DNA of 64,000 nt from Octopus sinensis (lineage: Eukaryota), in contig NC_043006.1 of the NCBI RefSeq assembly GCF_006345805.1, positions 31,124,001 through 31,188,000 of the forward strand, in the 5' to 3' direction. Made by a program: the position numbers and the translations under genes. Under the pieces are notes generated by a model. The model saw only the letters and a program-made list of their open reading frames with translations, was not told where the DNA came from and made no database searches. This document shows, in pieces, positions 1-12,399 of the stretch; within the stretch, counting starts at the first letter, position 1, and each line of letters begins with the position of its first letter.

Positions 1-239
1 CGAGAAAGAAGTTTTTAAAGAAAAATGTTATGAGATTTGGTTTCTGAAATTTGAGGGTGATAATATAGTTCTATACTTTTTTCATGGATATAGTTCTATA
101 AAGAGACTCTTAATGGATGTCACCATCATCATTGACGTAATTTTCAATAAGTTAAAATTTTAAATTATTAATTGGCACATTATTAATTAGCATAATAGTA
201 TAGCCTGGCAAAAACATGGATTACATTGAAAAATGCGAG

Positions 240-1023
240 CAAGAGAAACAATATTCTTAAGATTATAAACCTGGAAAATTACAGGACAAGTTATTACACT
301 TGGAAAAGTTTAGGACAACTTATTACATCTGGTAAAAAGCAGAACAAGAAATTTTTTACTTAAAAAATTGCAGCTAAGGATAAAACTTGAATATCAAAAA
401 TTATTTGATTTTAATTTACCAAGTGACATTATAATTAAGAAAGGTACCATCATTTTGTTACAATATTGACACACTAGAATACATAAAAACTGAGTCAGAA
501 GTACCAATATAGCTAAAGTTTTACGTAAAGTAGAATAGTATATATGGTAGGCAAATTCATTATGTAAAAAATAGGCATTGGGTCAAGACTAAAAAATGTG
601 AAGACTTGGCAATAAATCAAGCAAATATTAATGTGAATTTGTTGTTATAGGAAGATTTTATGTAATATATAACTAGTTTTTGTATTATTCTATTTATTGT
701 ACTAATTATGTATTATTTTTTTATAACCTATTTAAAATTTTTAATTAATGATTTAAAAAAATGAATTCTTTTAAAGTGCAAAAAATATTTTGAGTTATTT
801 TTAATTTTTAAAAGAAGTAACAAGTAATAATAAATAGAATAACTTGTAATAAAATTTTTAGTTTTTAAATAAAAGCTAATATTTTCTAAATCTAAATATT
901 TTATTTGAAATTTTATCCTTAGCTGCAATATTTTAAGTAAAAATGTTCTTCTTTGTACTTTACTAGATGTAATAAGTTGTCCTGAACTTTTCCAGGTTTA
1001 TAATCTTAATATTATTTCTCTTG
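240..1023. mobile_element. Foldback/MITE-like element with ~150-bp imperfect inverted arms (about 240-390 and 903-1023) around an AT-rich spacer
   Basis: The reverse complement of 903-1023 (caagagaaataatattaagattataaacctggaaaagttcaggacaacttattacatct...ttgcagctaaggataaaa) matches 240-390. The left arm has an extra ~29-bp tandem duplication at 270-329. Confidence 0.7.
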
Positions 1024-1034
1024 TTTGTATTATT

Positions 1035-1084
<50 letters not shown>

Positions 1085-1265
1085 CATAATACCTATGTAT
1101 TTACTAGAATAAAATGAAGTATGGATAATAAGCAAATCTAAAAGTAGCCAGCCCCCTTACAAACCCTTAGAAAGGGTCGACGATATGTGTGATATATTAT
1201 ATATATAATATATATACGCACACCGCACAGTTTATATATATATGGTATAATATATATTTATATAC

Positions 1266-1297
<32 letters not shown>

Positions 1298-1319
1298 CTA
1301 TATATGTATATATATGTAG

Positions 1320-1402
<83 letters not shown>

Positions 1403-1899
1403 CTAAATGTGTGTGTGTGTGTGTATGTATATACATGCATATATCACATATGCTTTGCGATTGTTACTGCATCGTTTATTTCCATTTCATGCTCTGCATT
1501 CCGTTGAATGCAAATCTGCCTGGAGTTGTTTGGATTTGGGCTCTCGCGCGTGATTGAAAGAATTTTTAAATAAAGTATACTTGTACACATGAATACATAT
1601 ATATATATATATACCGACCAGTCTGGAGCAAAGTATGGCTGAACTTGGGTTCTTGGGGGAGAGAACGCAAATTCTTAATTCATGCACTACAAAGGATCAC
1701 GACGTTTACGACTATAATAATTTGCAAGACGTTACGATTCAAAGGGTGATGAACAAAACAAGGCTCTTTCCTTCACAACCTTGCTACCAAGGAGGTGACC
1801 GGTCAAAATTTATTCTTAATTAAAAAGAGGAAGAGGCCATACATACATACATACATACATACATACATACATACATACATACAAAAAAAAAACCCCCAG

Positions 1900-2384
1900 C
1901 TGGAATTAATCATATTTTCAGCTGATACAGGAATGGAATTTGGTCAGAAGGAATGTTCTTATTTGATTGTTGAACGGGGAAAATCAGTCCCCTAGACACA
2001 AAACCTAGGCATCAGTGGTCCCACTATCTCTCCTGTCCCACACAAAGAATGCTATAAGTACCTTGGCATTGATGAAAATATCGGACCAAGGTACTGTGAG
2101 CGAACGTAAAGTGACCAAGGAATATTATACTGGACTTAGAAATATATGGTAGACTGAACTCTTCTCTTACAACAAGACCATATCCTATAATACATTTGCA
2201 GCAACAGGGCTGATTCCAATATTTGGGATACTTGACTGATCTGTAGGAGAAATCCACTCCATAGACATGAAAACCCGCAAGATTCTAACATCAGCTGGAA
2301 ATCTCCGCAAAAATAGTGATTCCTAAGAAGAGATAATGGAGGTAGGGGCTGGAGATCAGTGCAGACAGCCTTCGAATGTCGCAT

Positions 2385-2426
<42 letters not shown>

Positions 2427-3480
2427 ACAGTACTTGCTAAACAATGGCAGTAAAAAGTGGTGAAAAGTGAAGAAAACAATATTCTACATGTTGATAATGA
2501 GCGCTTTCTTCTCGATGACTTCCAACTTCTAATGACCTGGAGGTGAAATGCTCATCATACCAAAAACTATTTTTTAGAAAAAAAAGGCCATGCATGGGTA
2601 AGTTTCCCGAAAACTTGAAGATAGGAACATTGACATGAAGCGAAGCATCTCTTGGACTCGTGACCGCTACATCACATCATACTTCGAAGACTATGCATTT
2701 GAAATCGAAGAACAGGAGATTGCTACAAAATGCATAATCAACAAGAGACAGTGAAGCTCTTTGGGTTCCAAGATACAACTGGAAGTGTAGATTATGTCAC
2801 ATTTTCGTGGAAGATATCACACATGTGATCAGTAGATGCTTCAAAATGTCATCAAGGTACTACCAACCTATGCGATACGACGTTGTCGCAAAAACAATAT
2901 ACAATGTCGTTCAGAAAAAAAAAAGACTCCCTTGGAATAAATATAGAGAATCCCCCTGTTATTGAATACACACACGAATGTCAGTACAAGGAATACTGGT
3001 GGAATATTCCCATCAAAACATGTCAAGTGTTAGCATAATAAACCGGATATTGTTGTTTGGGACAGACAAGAAAAAGTATGTACTTTCATAGAGGTGAGCT
3101 GTGTTGCTGATGTGAATATCTCTGAAAAGCAAAGAGAAAGAAGAAGATAACTATGGAACAGCTGCTTCGAAACCTCTCGCATCTTTCCCCAGATTACAAA
3201 TTTTTGTTTATACCAATGATAATTGGAGCATTTGGTTTTGTGAGGAAATGCCTGTCAACCAGTCTGGATAAGCTAGGGCTTTCAGAAAAAGAACTCAACC
3301 AAACTGATTCGCACATTACAAATACAATTTGTAAGCGGAACAGTAGAAATATGCGAGACTTTTCTCAGGTTTAAAATATGACATCGCTTTTGCTATCTAC
3401 ATTCTAATATCGAGGCTTTGTCTCTTTGTCAGAGACCAGTTCCTTTAAATGATTAAAAACAGAAGAGAAACATCTATATT
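1900..3480 (+). mobile_element. 5'-truncated, decayed R4/Dong-type non-LTR retrotransposon (RT C-terminus, CCHC knuckle, REL endonuclease)
   Basis: Translated motifs: FSADTGMEFGQKEC (~1915), YKYLGIDENI (~2053), YAFEIEEQEIATK (~2692), CRLCHIFVEDITHVISRC (~2787), HNKPDIVVWDRQEKVCTFIEVSC (~3033; PD..E motif), QLLRNLSHLSPDYKFLFIPMIIGAFG. It has many stops and frameshifts and is preceded by (TACA)n. Confidence 0.9.
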
Positions 3481-4053
3481 GATACAAGTAGATAGATAAA
3501 TAGATAGATAGGTAGACAGACATATAGATACATACATAGAGAGAGAGAGGGATAGATTGGTAGATAGATAGAAAGATAGATAGATGGATTAGATTAGATG
3601 CATATAGATGGATAGATTAGATAGATACATGAGTAAACAGATAGATAAATCGATAAATAGAATGATAGATAGGTAGATACACTGATAGACAAATATGTAA
3701 GTCTGTATGTATGTATAAAATAGCAAAATGTAGCGCAAAGGAACGACGGAGAAACACGGAAAAGAGGAAATATGTACGTTCTATTATTCTCTTATACGTT
3801 TCAGCCACATGGCTTGGATCATGCTGGAGCAATCCCATATATATATATATACATACATACACACGTATGTATGTATGTATGTATGTATGTATGTATGTAT
3901 GTATGTATGTATGTATGTATGTATGTATGTATGTATGTATGTGTGTATGTATGTGTGTGTGCGTATAAGCATTGAAAGAAATGAGGGCGAGTGAAAATAT
4001 AATGTGCAATAAATATGAATTAAAAAAAAAATTTAAAAACCGCAAGAAACTTT

Positions 4054-4153
4054 NNNNNNNNNNNNNNNNNNNNNNNNNNNNNNNNNNNNNNNNNNNNNNN
4101 NNNNNNNNNNNNNNNNNNNNNNNNNNNNNNNNNNNNNNNNNNNNNNNNNNNNN
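4054..4153. other. Assembly gap (100 N)
   Basis: A run of exactly 100 N, a typical placeholder for a gap of unknown length. Confidence 0.98.
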
Positions 4154-4606
4154 TTCTTCCATTTTCTCTGATCGTCAAACTAATACACCCTGTTGTTCTT
4201 TTTCACCGTCTCTGTTTTTTATATGCCACATCTCCTGTTTCTGTATTCTTCCTCCCACTACAACTGCTCCTCACCTCCCTCCCTGCTCCCGTCACCCTCA
4301 TATATTTTGCTGTATAAACTACTAACAAGTGTGAGCGAATCATCTTTGGCTGAGTCACCAGGAACCATAAAGGCTTGCTTCATGATACTAAAGCGCACAT
4401 AATGTTGATTCTTGTATATATTCACTTTAATAAATTCGTGTATATTCACTTGATGAAAACGGTTTTTTTTTTTTCGCGTGATCTAATAACTTTATCATCA
4501 TAAAAAAACAACTCGTTTGAAACAGCTGTAGTGAATGACCAATATCCATCTGCTGTTATTTGTTGTAAGTTAATATATATATATATAATGTGTGTGTGGT
4601 GTGTTT

Positions 4607-4637
<31 letters not shown>

Positions 4638-5166
4638 TGTGTGTGTGTGTGGTGTGTGTGTGCGTGCGTGTGTGTGTGTGTATACATGTATGCGTGTTCA
4701 GATATCTATAACAGACACAGATAGACATATATAGGTAGACAGAAAAGGAAAAAATGGTCCCAAGAGGATTTTCGTAGATTCCGACGCTGAGTGTCAGTTG
4801 TTGAAGCCATTCAGGTCCTGCCTCGTTAATTAGCATATATGTTGTTGAGTATTCCTATATGTGTTTAGACCTCACCATGATCTTCAAACGGATTCAAACT
4901 CACACATCCCATGACTGTCGTCTCCTGCATTTGAATTGTCGGTATAAATAAACCAATTCTGCGGGCTTCCGCTAAGTTTGCACTACCGAATTTCACTCAT
5001 AAAGCATGGTTCGATCCAAGGCTATGATGATGGTATTTATGTAATGTCACACCGTTAGTCGACCCGAAATCCTTTGTGTTTATCAGCGAACTTTTTACTG
5101 TTTTAATATTTGTATTGATATAGGCGCAACAACGCAATATATCTATCTACGCTATCTATCTATCTA

Positions 5167-5209
<43 letters not shown>

Positions 5210-5655
5210 ATATATATTTATATACACACACACTATACACACACACATATACACACGACCACACATGCACAACATTCACCTGTGTGTGAGTTATGTTATT
5301 CCCCTCTTTCCTTTTCTTCTTTCTCCTTTTCAATCCCTTGCTCTCTCTGTATGTCTGTCTGTCTGTCTCTGTCTGTTTCTCTCTCTCAATCTACCCTTCT
5401 CTACCAAGCATTTTCCAGTGCAACTCCAGCTGAATGAGGTCGTATTATGTAGAAATGTCCGCGTATCAAAGACTACAATTAATGGCGGCGTCCCCTGTCG
5501 AAGGTTGACACATCACACGCTGGATTGGGTCTCGACTGAAGAACCACTTAAACAGAGAGGAAGGGGGTGACACGAGTGGAGGTGGAGTAGTGAGATAAGG
5601 CGTGCATACACACAGATATACAGAGACAGAGAGGGGGAAGATAGATAGATAGAGT

Positions 5656-5729
<74 letters not shown>

Positions 5730-6033
5730 AGAATCTTATATAGATGTAGATAGACGTATAAACATGTAACTAGCTAGCTAGGTGTTTAGATTAACACATC
5801 GTACAACGAAGTAGCTTATAAAGATTTCTCAGATATAATGATAATAATAGACTAAAAAAATCTTTTGGCCAAGTCTATCAAAAATGCTGATAAACGAGTA
5901 GCTTAGTGCAGTTTAAATTATCAAGTTTTATCTTGTCTAATTGAACGAAGAAACTATTAAAGGTATATATAAGACATTTGAATGGGAATATATATGCCCA
6001 TAGGTATTTAGACAACAGAGATAAATAAACTTT

Positions 6034-6108
<75 letters not shown>

Positions 6109-6119
6109 CACACATGCAT

Positions 6120-6772
6120 ATCTATATTATCAAAGAACAAAAACAGGGTTTAAAATTCGTTACAGCTCTTTCGGTAGAATTTTATTAATGCATGCACAAA
6201 TTGTATCATAGCATAAATCCACCATTTTCAGGTAAAATTTGGAGCAAGAATAGACAGGTGAGGTAAATGATGAGAAACACAAGGGCATATTGGATAAGTG
6301 GTATTTTAGAAAATATTCGAATTTATAGAGAAATTAGAAATATATATTTCTTTATTGCCCACAAGGGGGCTAAACATAGAGGGAACAAACATGGACAGAC
6401 AAAGTGATTAAGTCGATTACATCGACCCCCCAGTGCGTAACTGGTACTTATTTAATCGACCCCGAAAGGATGAAAGGCAAAGTCGACCTCGGCGGAATTT
6501 GAACTCAGAACGTAGCGGCGGACGAAATACCGCTAAGCATTTCGCCGGTGTGCTAACGATTCTGCCAGCTCCCCGCCTCAAAATACCACTTATCAAATGT
6601 GTCCTTGTGTTTTTCATCATTTACCTCACCTGTCTATTCTTGCTTCAAAGTTTACATGAAGATGGGATTTAAGCTATGATACAATCTGTGCATGCATTAA
6701 TAAAATTCCACCGAAAGAGCTGTAACGAATTTTAAACCCTGTTTGTGTTCTTAGATAATAGATATAGAAATT
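6120..6772. mobile_element. Inverted-repeat structure (~190-bp arms, 6120-6308 and 6580-6772) with a SINE between the arms
   Basis: acagggtttaaaattcgttacagctctttcgg...caagaatagacaggtgaggtaaatgatga...ataagtggtatttt is present in opposite orientations on either side of the SINE. Confidence 0.8.
6344..6578 (-). mobile_element. SINE family B (tRNA-derived), full copy
   Basis: The minus strand reads ggcggggagctggcagaatcgttagcacac...ctgagttcaaattccgccgaggtcgactttgcctttcatcctttcggggtcgattaaataagtaccag, with a B-box-like gagttcaaattcc. The same sequence recurs at 10086, 10461, 36410 and 41610. Confidence 0.9.
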
Positions 6773-6787
6773 AGAATATAACGAACA

Positions 6788-6953
6788 TGGCACAGGAGTG
6801 GCTGTGTGGTAAGTAGCTCGCTAACCAGCCACATGGTTCCGGGTTCAGTCCCACTGCGTGGCATCTTGGGCAAGTGTCTGCTGCTATAGCCCCGGGCCGA
6901 CCAATGCCTTGTGAGTGGATTTGGTAGACGGAAACTGAAAGAAGCCTGTCGTA

Positions 6954-7028
<75 letters not shown>

Positions 7029-7250
7029 GTGTGTTGTGTGTCTGTGTTTGTCCCCCTAGCATTGCTTGACAACCGATGCTGGTGTTTTTTACGGTCCCCG
7101 TCACTTACGGTTCGGCAAAAGAGACCGTAGAATAAGTACTAAGGGCTTACAAAGAATAAGTCCCGGGGTCGATTTGCTCGACTAAAGGCGGTGCTCCCAG
7201 CCATGGCCGCAGTCAAATGACTGAAACAAGTAAAAGAGTAAAGAGAGTAT
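6788..7250 (+). mobile_element. SINE family A (tRNA-derived, internal microsatellite), full copy
   Basis: Head tggcacaggagtggctgtgtggtaag...ggttcagtcccactgcgtggcatcttgggcaagtgtc, central (TA)/(TG) tract, tail ggcggtgctcccagccatggccgcagtcaaatgactgaaacaagtaaaagag. More than 12 full or partial copies occur in the window. Confidence 0.92.
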
Positions 7251-7528
7251 GCGAAAAGCAAAGAGATGTAACACGATGTTGAAGTGGAAGCTTTCAGTGA
7301 GGGAGAACTGGTATCAGTGTGGGATCAAAGAAATGGTAGAAAGATGGCTTCTACCATCTGCGGTTGCCTCCACTTCGAATGCTAGCCCCGTTTTGTTGCA
7401 ATTTGATGAATAAAGCAAAAAAGTTAATCATATATTGCAAACCTTTTGATTCAACGCGATATGTCACAGTTTTTTTTTGTCATCAAAACACTTCAATCTT
7501 TTTCTCTCTTCATGTTTCTATTTCTTTC

Positions 7529-7954
7529 GGATCTTTTCGGTTTGAACGGCAGTTTTTAACAATAATTTCTAGGTAACTAAAAAATTTTAAACTTCGTATA
7601 CTGGTAGAATGTGTTTATAAAACATCTTTTTCTCTTGGCTTTATTGAGAAAATTCTATAGTTTGTAAGATATTTGTGTTTTTTTTCTTCAATTTTTGCAA
7701 TTTCAACCAATCAGATACGTTCATTGAGTTAAAAAACATTCTGTGCCGTATGAATATGTCCCTCGTTTAAGAAACAGATTGGGTTTATTTACATTTGTGA
7801 AGAAAAAAAGATACCCTTCCCCCCACCCCTAACCCAAACTAACCCAAACCCTAACAGAGATTGAAATGCAATAGATCGATACTAGGGTCATAATTATGGG
7901 TGACAATTTCATATGACACTGCTAGGAAAACTGCCGTTCAAACCGAAAAGATCC
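7529..7954. mobile_element. MITE with perfect 28-bp TIRs and near-perfect 8-bp TSD (Merlin-like)
   Basis: TIR ggatcttttcggtttgaacggcagtttt (7529-7556) and its exact reverse complement (7927-7954). Flanks tttctttc / tttctttg. GG-starting TIRs with an 8-9-bp TSD fit Merlin; the superfamily call is inference. Confidence 0.85.
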
Positions 7955-8228
7955 TTTCTTTGAAAACTCGTGACAGTGTCATTCCATCTTTCCGTTGGGT
8001 GAACTTTAGTCAAGAATCGATATTTCGCTGTCATTTCAAACATGTTAAAGAAAGTGGAAATACTTTTAAGAGCCTCTTCCTTCTCCTCTTGTATGACGTA
8101 TTACACTTGGTGCTCATGCATATTCATTATTCAATGTTTTCTTTTTCCTCTCAACTTAGCTGAAATAATGTTGTCGCCTGTGACATCAGTCAAGCATTCC
8201 AGCCCCCTATGCGAACAACAACATCTGT

Positions 8229-8415
8229 GGAGGCGCAATGGCCCAGTGGTTAGGGCAGCGGACTCGCGGTCGTAAAAACGCGGTTTCGATTCTCAGACCG
8301 AGAGTGAGTGTTTATTGAGCAAAAGACACCTAAGCTCCTCGAGGCTCCGGCGGGGGTTGGTGGTGAACCCCGCTGTACCCTTTCACCACAACTTTCTCTC
8401 ACTCTTCCTTCCTAC
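8229..8415 (+). mobile_element. SINE family C (tRNA-derived head), partial
   Basis: ggaggcgcaatggcccagtggttagggcagcggactcgcggtcg...gtttcgattctcagaccg carries A- and B-box-like motifs. A second copy is at 60883-61215. Confidence 0.85.
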
Positions 8416-8886
8416 TTCTGCCACAAAGTAGAGGAACCATGGTGTAACCCATTTTGGTGTGGTAAACTTTCAGACCCTAGTCTAGATTGCGAACCTTCTG
8501 TACCCCAGGATGGTTCAGCTCTCCACCCGTTAAAAGCCACCGTTTACGGAATGAGGATGACACAACGTAGCTTTCGCGCCCGTGCAACCACCAGTCTATC
8601 GCGTGTGGTAGGTAGATCTTTAAGTTGCCGCACGCATTGTTAGTAGCTTAGAGTGGGCTCGAATTAGAGATTATTCGTTGTGGCTAATGGCGTGAGTCCT
8701 GATTGGAAGAAGAAGAAGAAGAAGAAAAGAAGAAGAAGAAGAAGAAGAAGAAGAAGAAGAAGAGAAGAAGAAGAAGAAGACGAAGAAGAGAAGAAGAAGA
8801 AGAAGAAGAAGAAGAAAGAGAAGAAGAAGAAGAAGAAGAAGAAGAAGAAGAAGAAGAAGAAGAAGAAGAAGAAGAAGAAGAAGAAG
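8416..8886 (+). repeat. Probable LINE (RTE-like) 3' end followed by a long (AAG)n tract (8706-8886)
   Basis: About 290 bp of non-microsatellite sequence ends in gattgg directly followed by ~60 GAA units. The RTE assignment is inferred from the tail type only. Confidence 0.4.
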
Positions 8887-9148
8887 ACAACATTCTAACT
8901 AAATGACTCGCACACGGGCTTCATTTGACTCTCTCATCTCTTAGACTGGAAGATCCCTGTCACCATACCGTTGCAGCATGTATTGCCAAGACCAGTGTTC
9001 AGATCCTGGCAACTTTGATAAACCCTCAGGTTTTCGATTCCAACACTTTTCCCTTTGTTCATTAACGATATAATTGCTGTCGCTTGTAATAACCTATCTA
9101 CCACAGTAACAAAGCCTGAAGTTTGGTGGGGAGGGTGTAAATAATGTT

Positions 9149-9197
<49 letters not shown>

Positions 9198-9466
9198 CAT
9201 AATAATAATAATAATAATAATAATATATAAAATAATAATAGTAGTAGTAGTAGTATAGTATAGTGCATGAGTAGTAGTAGTAGTATAGTAGATAGTAGTA
9301 GTAGTAGAATAGTATGATAGTAATAGAGACGTAGAGACAGTAATAGTACAATAGTACGAATAATAATAATATAATATTATAATAATGATGATGAATGTGA
9401 TGATGATGATGAGATGATGATGATAGATGATAATGATGATATGATGATGATGATGATAATAATATA

Positions 9467-10022
9467 GCCCTGATGCAGTACCAGGCAGTGGCTCTCATGG
9501 CTTCTGATCTTAAATGATTGGATGTGGTTATCATGTACATTGTTTTGTGTCTAGGTATAAAAGATGGGCTACAGCAAATATTCTGCTCAATACCACAGAT
9601 TTGCTTGTCAGTCGTTTGACCTTAACTAGTTGAGCATGTCCCTTAGTGGCTGACGATATGTGCATCTCTGATCACAAGCAGAAGTAGTGGGGGAGCATCA
9701 TAGCCATGTTTGAGAAGGATTCTTTGGGATTTGAATAATTCACCTCTGGAAACATGGTGTTTTCGTTTCAACGTCCTTAAACAACCCTTATTCAGGGACC
9801 TTTGAGAGCGGGATGGGTTACTCGATCTGAAGAAAATTCTAACTGGGCTCCACCTGCAAGGTCATGTGCTGTTTATCTTGATATGAAATCACCATGTCGC
9901 TCACATATGGTTGTGATGCATGTGCCTGGTGTACCCTTATCAGACGGGTAGTCATGATAGGTATACTGGGCTTCGTATATTTTACCCCAGTGTCCCTTTG
10001 ATGGCATGCACTGCTCTCTCAC
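9467..10022 (+). mobile_element. Unclassified ~555-bp interspersed repeat embedded in (TAA/TGA)n microsatellite
   Basis: Sharp boundaries with trinucleotide tracts on both sides, ending ctgctctctcac(ataat)n. There is no tRNA head and no ORF. I recall it as a common octopus repeat but cannot verify that within the window. Confidence 0.5.
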
Positions 10023-10085
10023 ATAATAATAATATTAATAATAATAATAACCAAAATGATAATAATGATAATAATTATCATTATT

Positions 10086-10300
10086 AAGGCGGTGAGCTAG
10101 CAGAATCGCTAGCACGTTGGACGAAATACTTGGCGGTATTTCGTCTGTCTTTACGTTCTGAGTTCAAATTCCGCCGAGGTCGACTTTACCTTTCATTCTT
10201 TCGGGGTCGATAATTAAATAGCAGTTGTGTACTGGGGTCGAGGTAATCGACTGACCCCCATTCCCGCCAAATTTCAAGCCTTCTTCTTATTGTAGAAAGG
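10086..10300 (+). mobile_element. SINE family B copy
   Basis: Matches the family B head and body (gagctagcagaatcgctagcacg...gagttcaaattccgccgaggtcgactt). Confidence 0.85.
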
Positions 10301-10460
10301 ATTATTGTTGTTGAAGTTGTAAATATGGTGCTGCTGGCTGTGATATTGTTGTTGCTATAAATATGGGCTGTGTTAGCAGTGGTTGTAATGCTGTTGGTGT
10401 TGTAGTTGTTATTTGGTCGAGTCGTTAGGGTGTCAGATAGAGGTAGAAGAGAAGAAAATT

Positions 10461-10985
10461 AAGGTGGCGAGCTGGCAGAAACTTTAGCACACCGGCGAAA
10501 TGCATAGCCGTATTTCGTCTGCCGTTACGTTCTGAGTTCAAATTCCGCCGAGGTCGACTTTGCCTTTCATCCTTTCGGGGTCGATAAATTAAGTACCAGT
10601 TACGCACTGGGGTCGATGTAATCGACTTAATCCGTTTGTCTGTTCTTGTTTGTCCTCTCTGTGTTTAGCCCCTTGTGGGTAGTAAAGAAATATGTATTTC
10701 GTCTGCCGTTACGTTCTGAGTTCAAATTCCGCCGAGTTCGACTTTGCCTTTCATCCTTTCGGGGTCGATAAATTAAGTATCAGTTACGCACTGGGTTCAA
10801 TATAATCGACTTAATCCGTTTGTCTGTTCTTGTTTGTCCTCTCTGTGTTTTGCCCCTTGTGGGTAGTAAAGAAATAGGCATTTCGTCTGCCGCTACGTTC
10901 TGAGGTTGACTCTGCCTTTCATCCTTTCGGGGTCGATAAATTAAGTACCCCTTTGTGTTTAGCCCCATGTGGGTAGTAAAGAAAT
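10461..10985 (+). mobile_element. Tandem array of three SINE family B units (one full, two progressively truncated)
   Basis: Units start at ~10461, ~10693 and ~10876. Each ends in gtgggtagtaaagaaata, and units 2 and 3 restart at atttcgtctgccg. Confidence 0.9.
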
Positions 10986-11394
10986 AGATAGAATGTCATG
11001 TAATATTTACTCCGATCCTTTGCGTTCTGTGTTCAAATCCTACCTTAAAAGGTCTTCAAACAAAGCATCAATTTTAATTCTGGAATCGATTTCTCTCTTT
11101 CTTTCTGAAAGATATCAGCTTCAGTCAGACGTGAAGAGGTGTGAAGAGGTTGAACGGCTGAAGACATGCCATATGTTATGATGGCGTCCCCGAGCCTCGC
11201 AACCCAAAGAAAAGCGAAGCAACACTATGTTGTTGCTATTGTTGTTGGTGGTTGAGCTCAAAGTCAGCTTCAATGAAGATAACGTACGACCATTGCTCAC
11301 CTTTTATACATTTAGGACTACATTAAACACCCTAATCTCTCTCTCTCTTTTAAACTTTTACTTGTTAATTGTTTTATTCATCACCTTGAAGAAT

Positions 11395-11520
11395 TTTAAT
11401 CGAATGGATCGATCTCAGTATTTTTTTAAAGACTGGTGCTTATTCTATCGGTCTCTTTTGCCAAACCGCGAAGTTGCGGAGACGTAAACACATCAACGCC
11501 GACTGTCAAGCGGGTGGCCA
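11395..11520 (-). mobile_element. SINE family A 3' half
   Basis: cttattctatcggtctcttttgccaaaccgcgaagttgcggagacgtaaacacatcaac matches the family A tail. Confidence 0.75.
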
Positions 11521-11870
11521 CACACACACACACACACACACAAAAAATACAAACATACACACAAACGCATGCGCGCGCGCGCGCGCACACACACACACAC
11601 ACACACATACACATACACACAGACACACACGCATATATATTAATTGATTAAACCTCGCCAAGTTAAATATTTAAACCACCTGATGAATGACTGTAACTCG
11701 AAAATTTAAAGAAATTAACAGCCATGAAACGATCGTAGTGTTATATTAATTATATTTTTTTAATAATTTTGTTATATATTTAAATAATATAAATTAAATA
11801 ATCTTATGTATTGGCTTAATTTTTCATTGTATGATTTGCCTAATAGTGGTTTTATCTCTAATTTAATATA

Positions 11871-11919
<49 letters not shown>

Positions 11920-12399
11920 TAGCAATATAGGATGAAGTCTCTTTCTCTACAGAAAAGGAATCCATCAGGAAGCGTGGGCAGTATATTTAAAAAAACCGTT
12001 ACGGTTGAAGTATAAACATCATATAATTAAGCTTTAGAATAACCCTCTGTATTGGCTTTAGAATAACCCTCTTTATCCCTTAATTATATGATGTATATAT
12101 ATATATATAATATATACATATATGCATAAAAATGGATCAAAAATGCAATAGAGGGCATTAAAACGTTCGGACAGATAAACGACACAAAGGCGGACAAGAG
12201 AAACAACAATGAGAAGGACAAGCAAAAAAAAAAAAGACTGGTCATTCTTGGGTTTCATTTATCAAAAGGATCGTGGGTAAGGCCAAAACAATGCGAAGTA
12301 AATTACAAGAAAACCAAACATTTGTTTTCTTACGATCCTTTATACAATATAGTCTACACAATGCTTCATAGTAATTATTCCATTATATATATATATATA

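Noticed and set aside
3790-3835. Minus-strand AGCC-AUGU-GGCU-GAAAC-GUA hammerhead-like half
   Set aside because: The upstream core reads CAGCAUGA with extra bases before stem II, and there is no stem I; at most a dead remnant.
7260-7400. Short stretch resembling a Gypsy integrase C-terminus (SEGELVSVWDQRNGRK)
   Set aside because: It is too short, and no LTR, RT or integrase core lies nearby.
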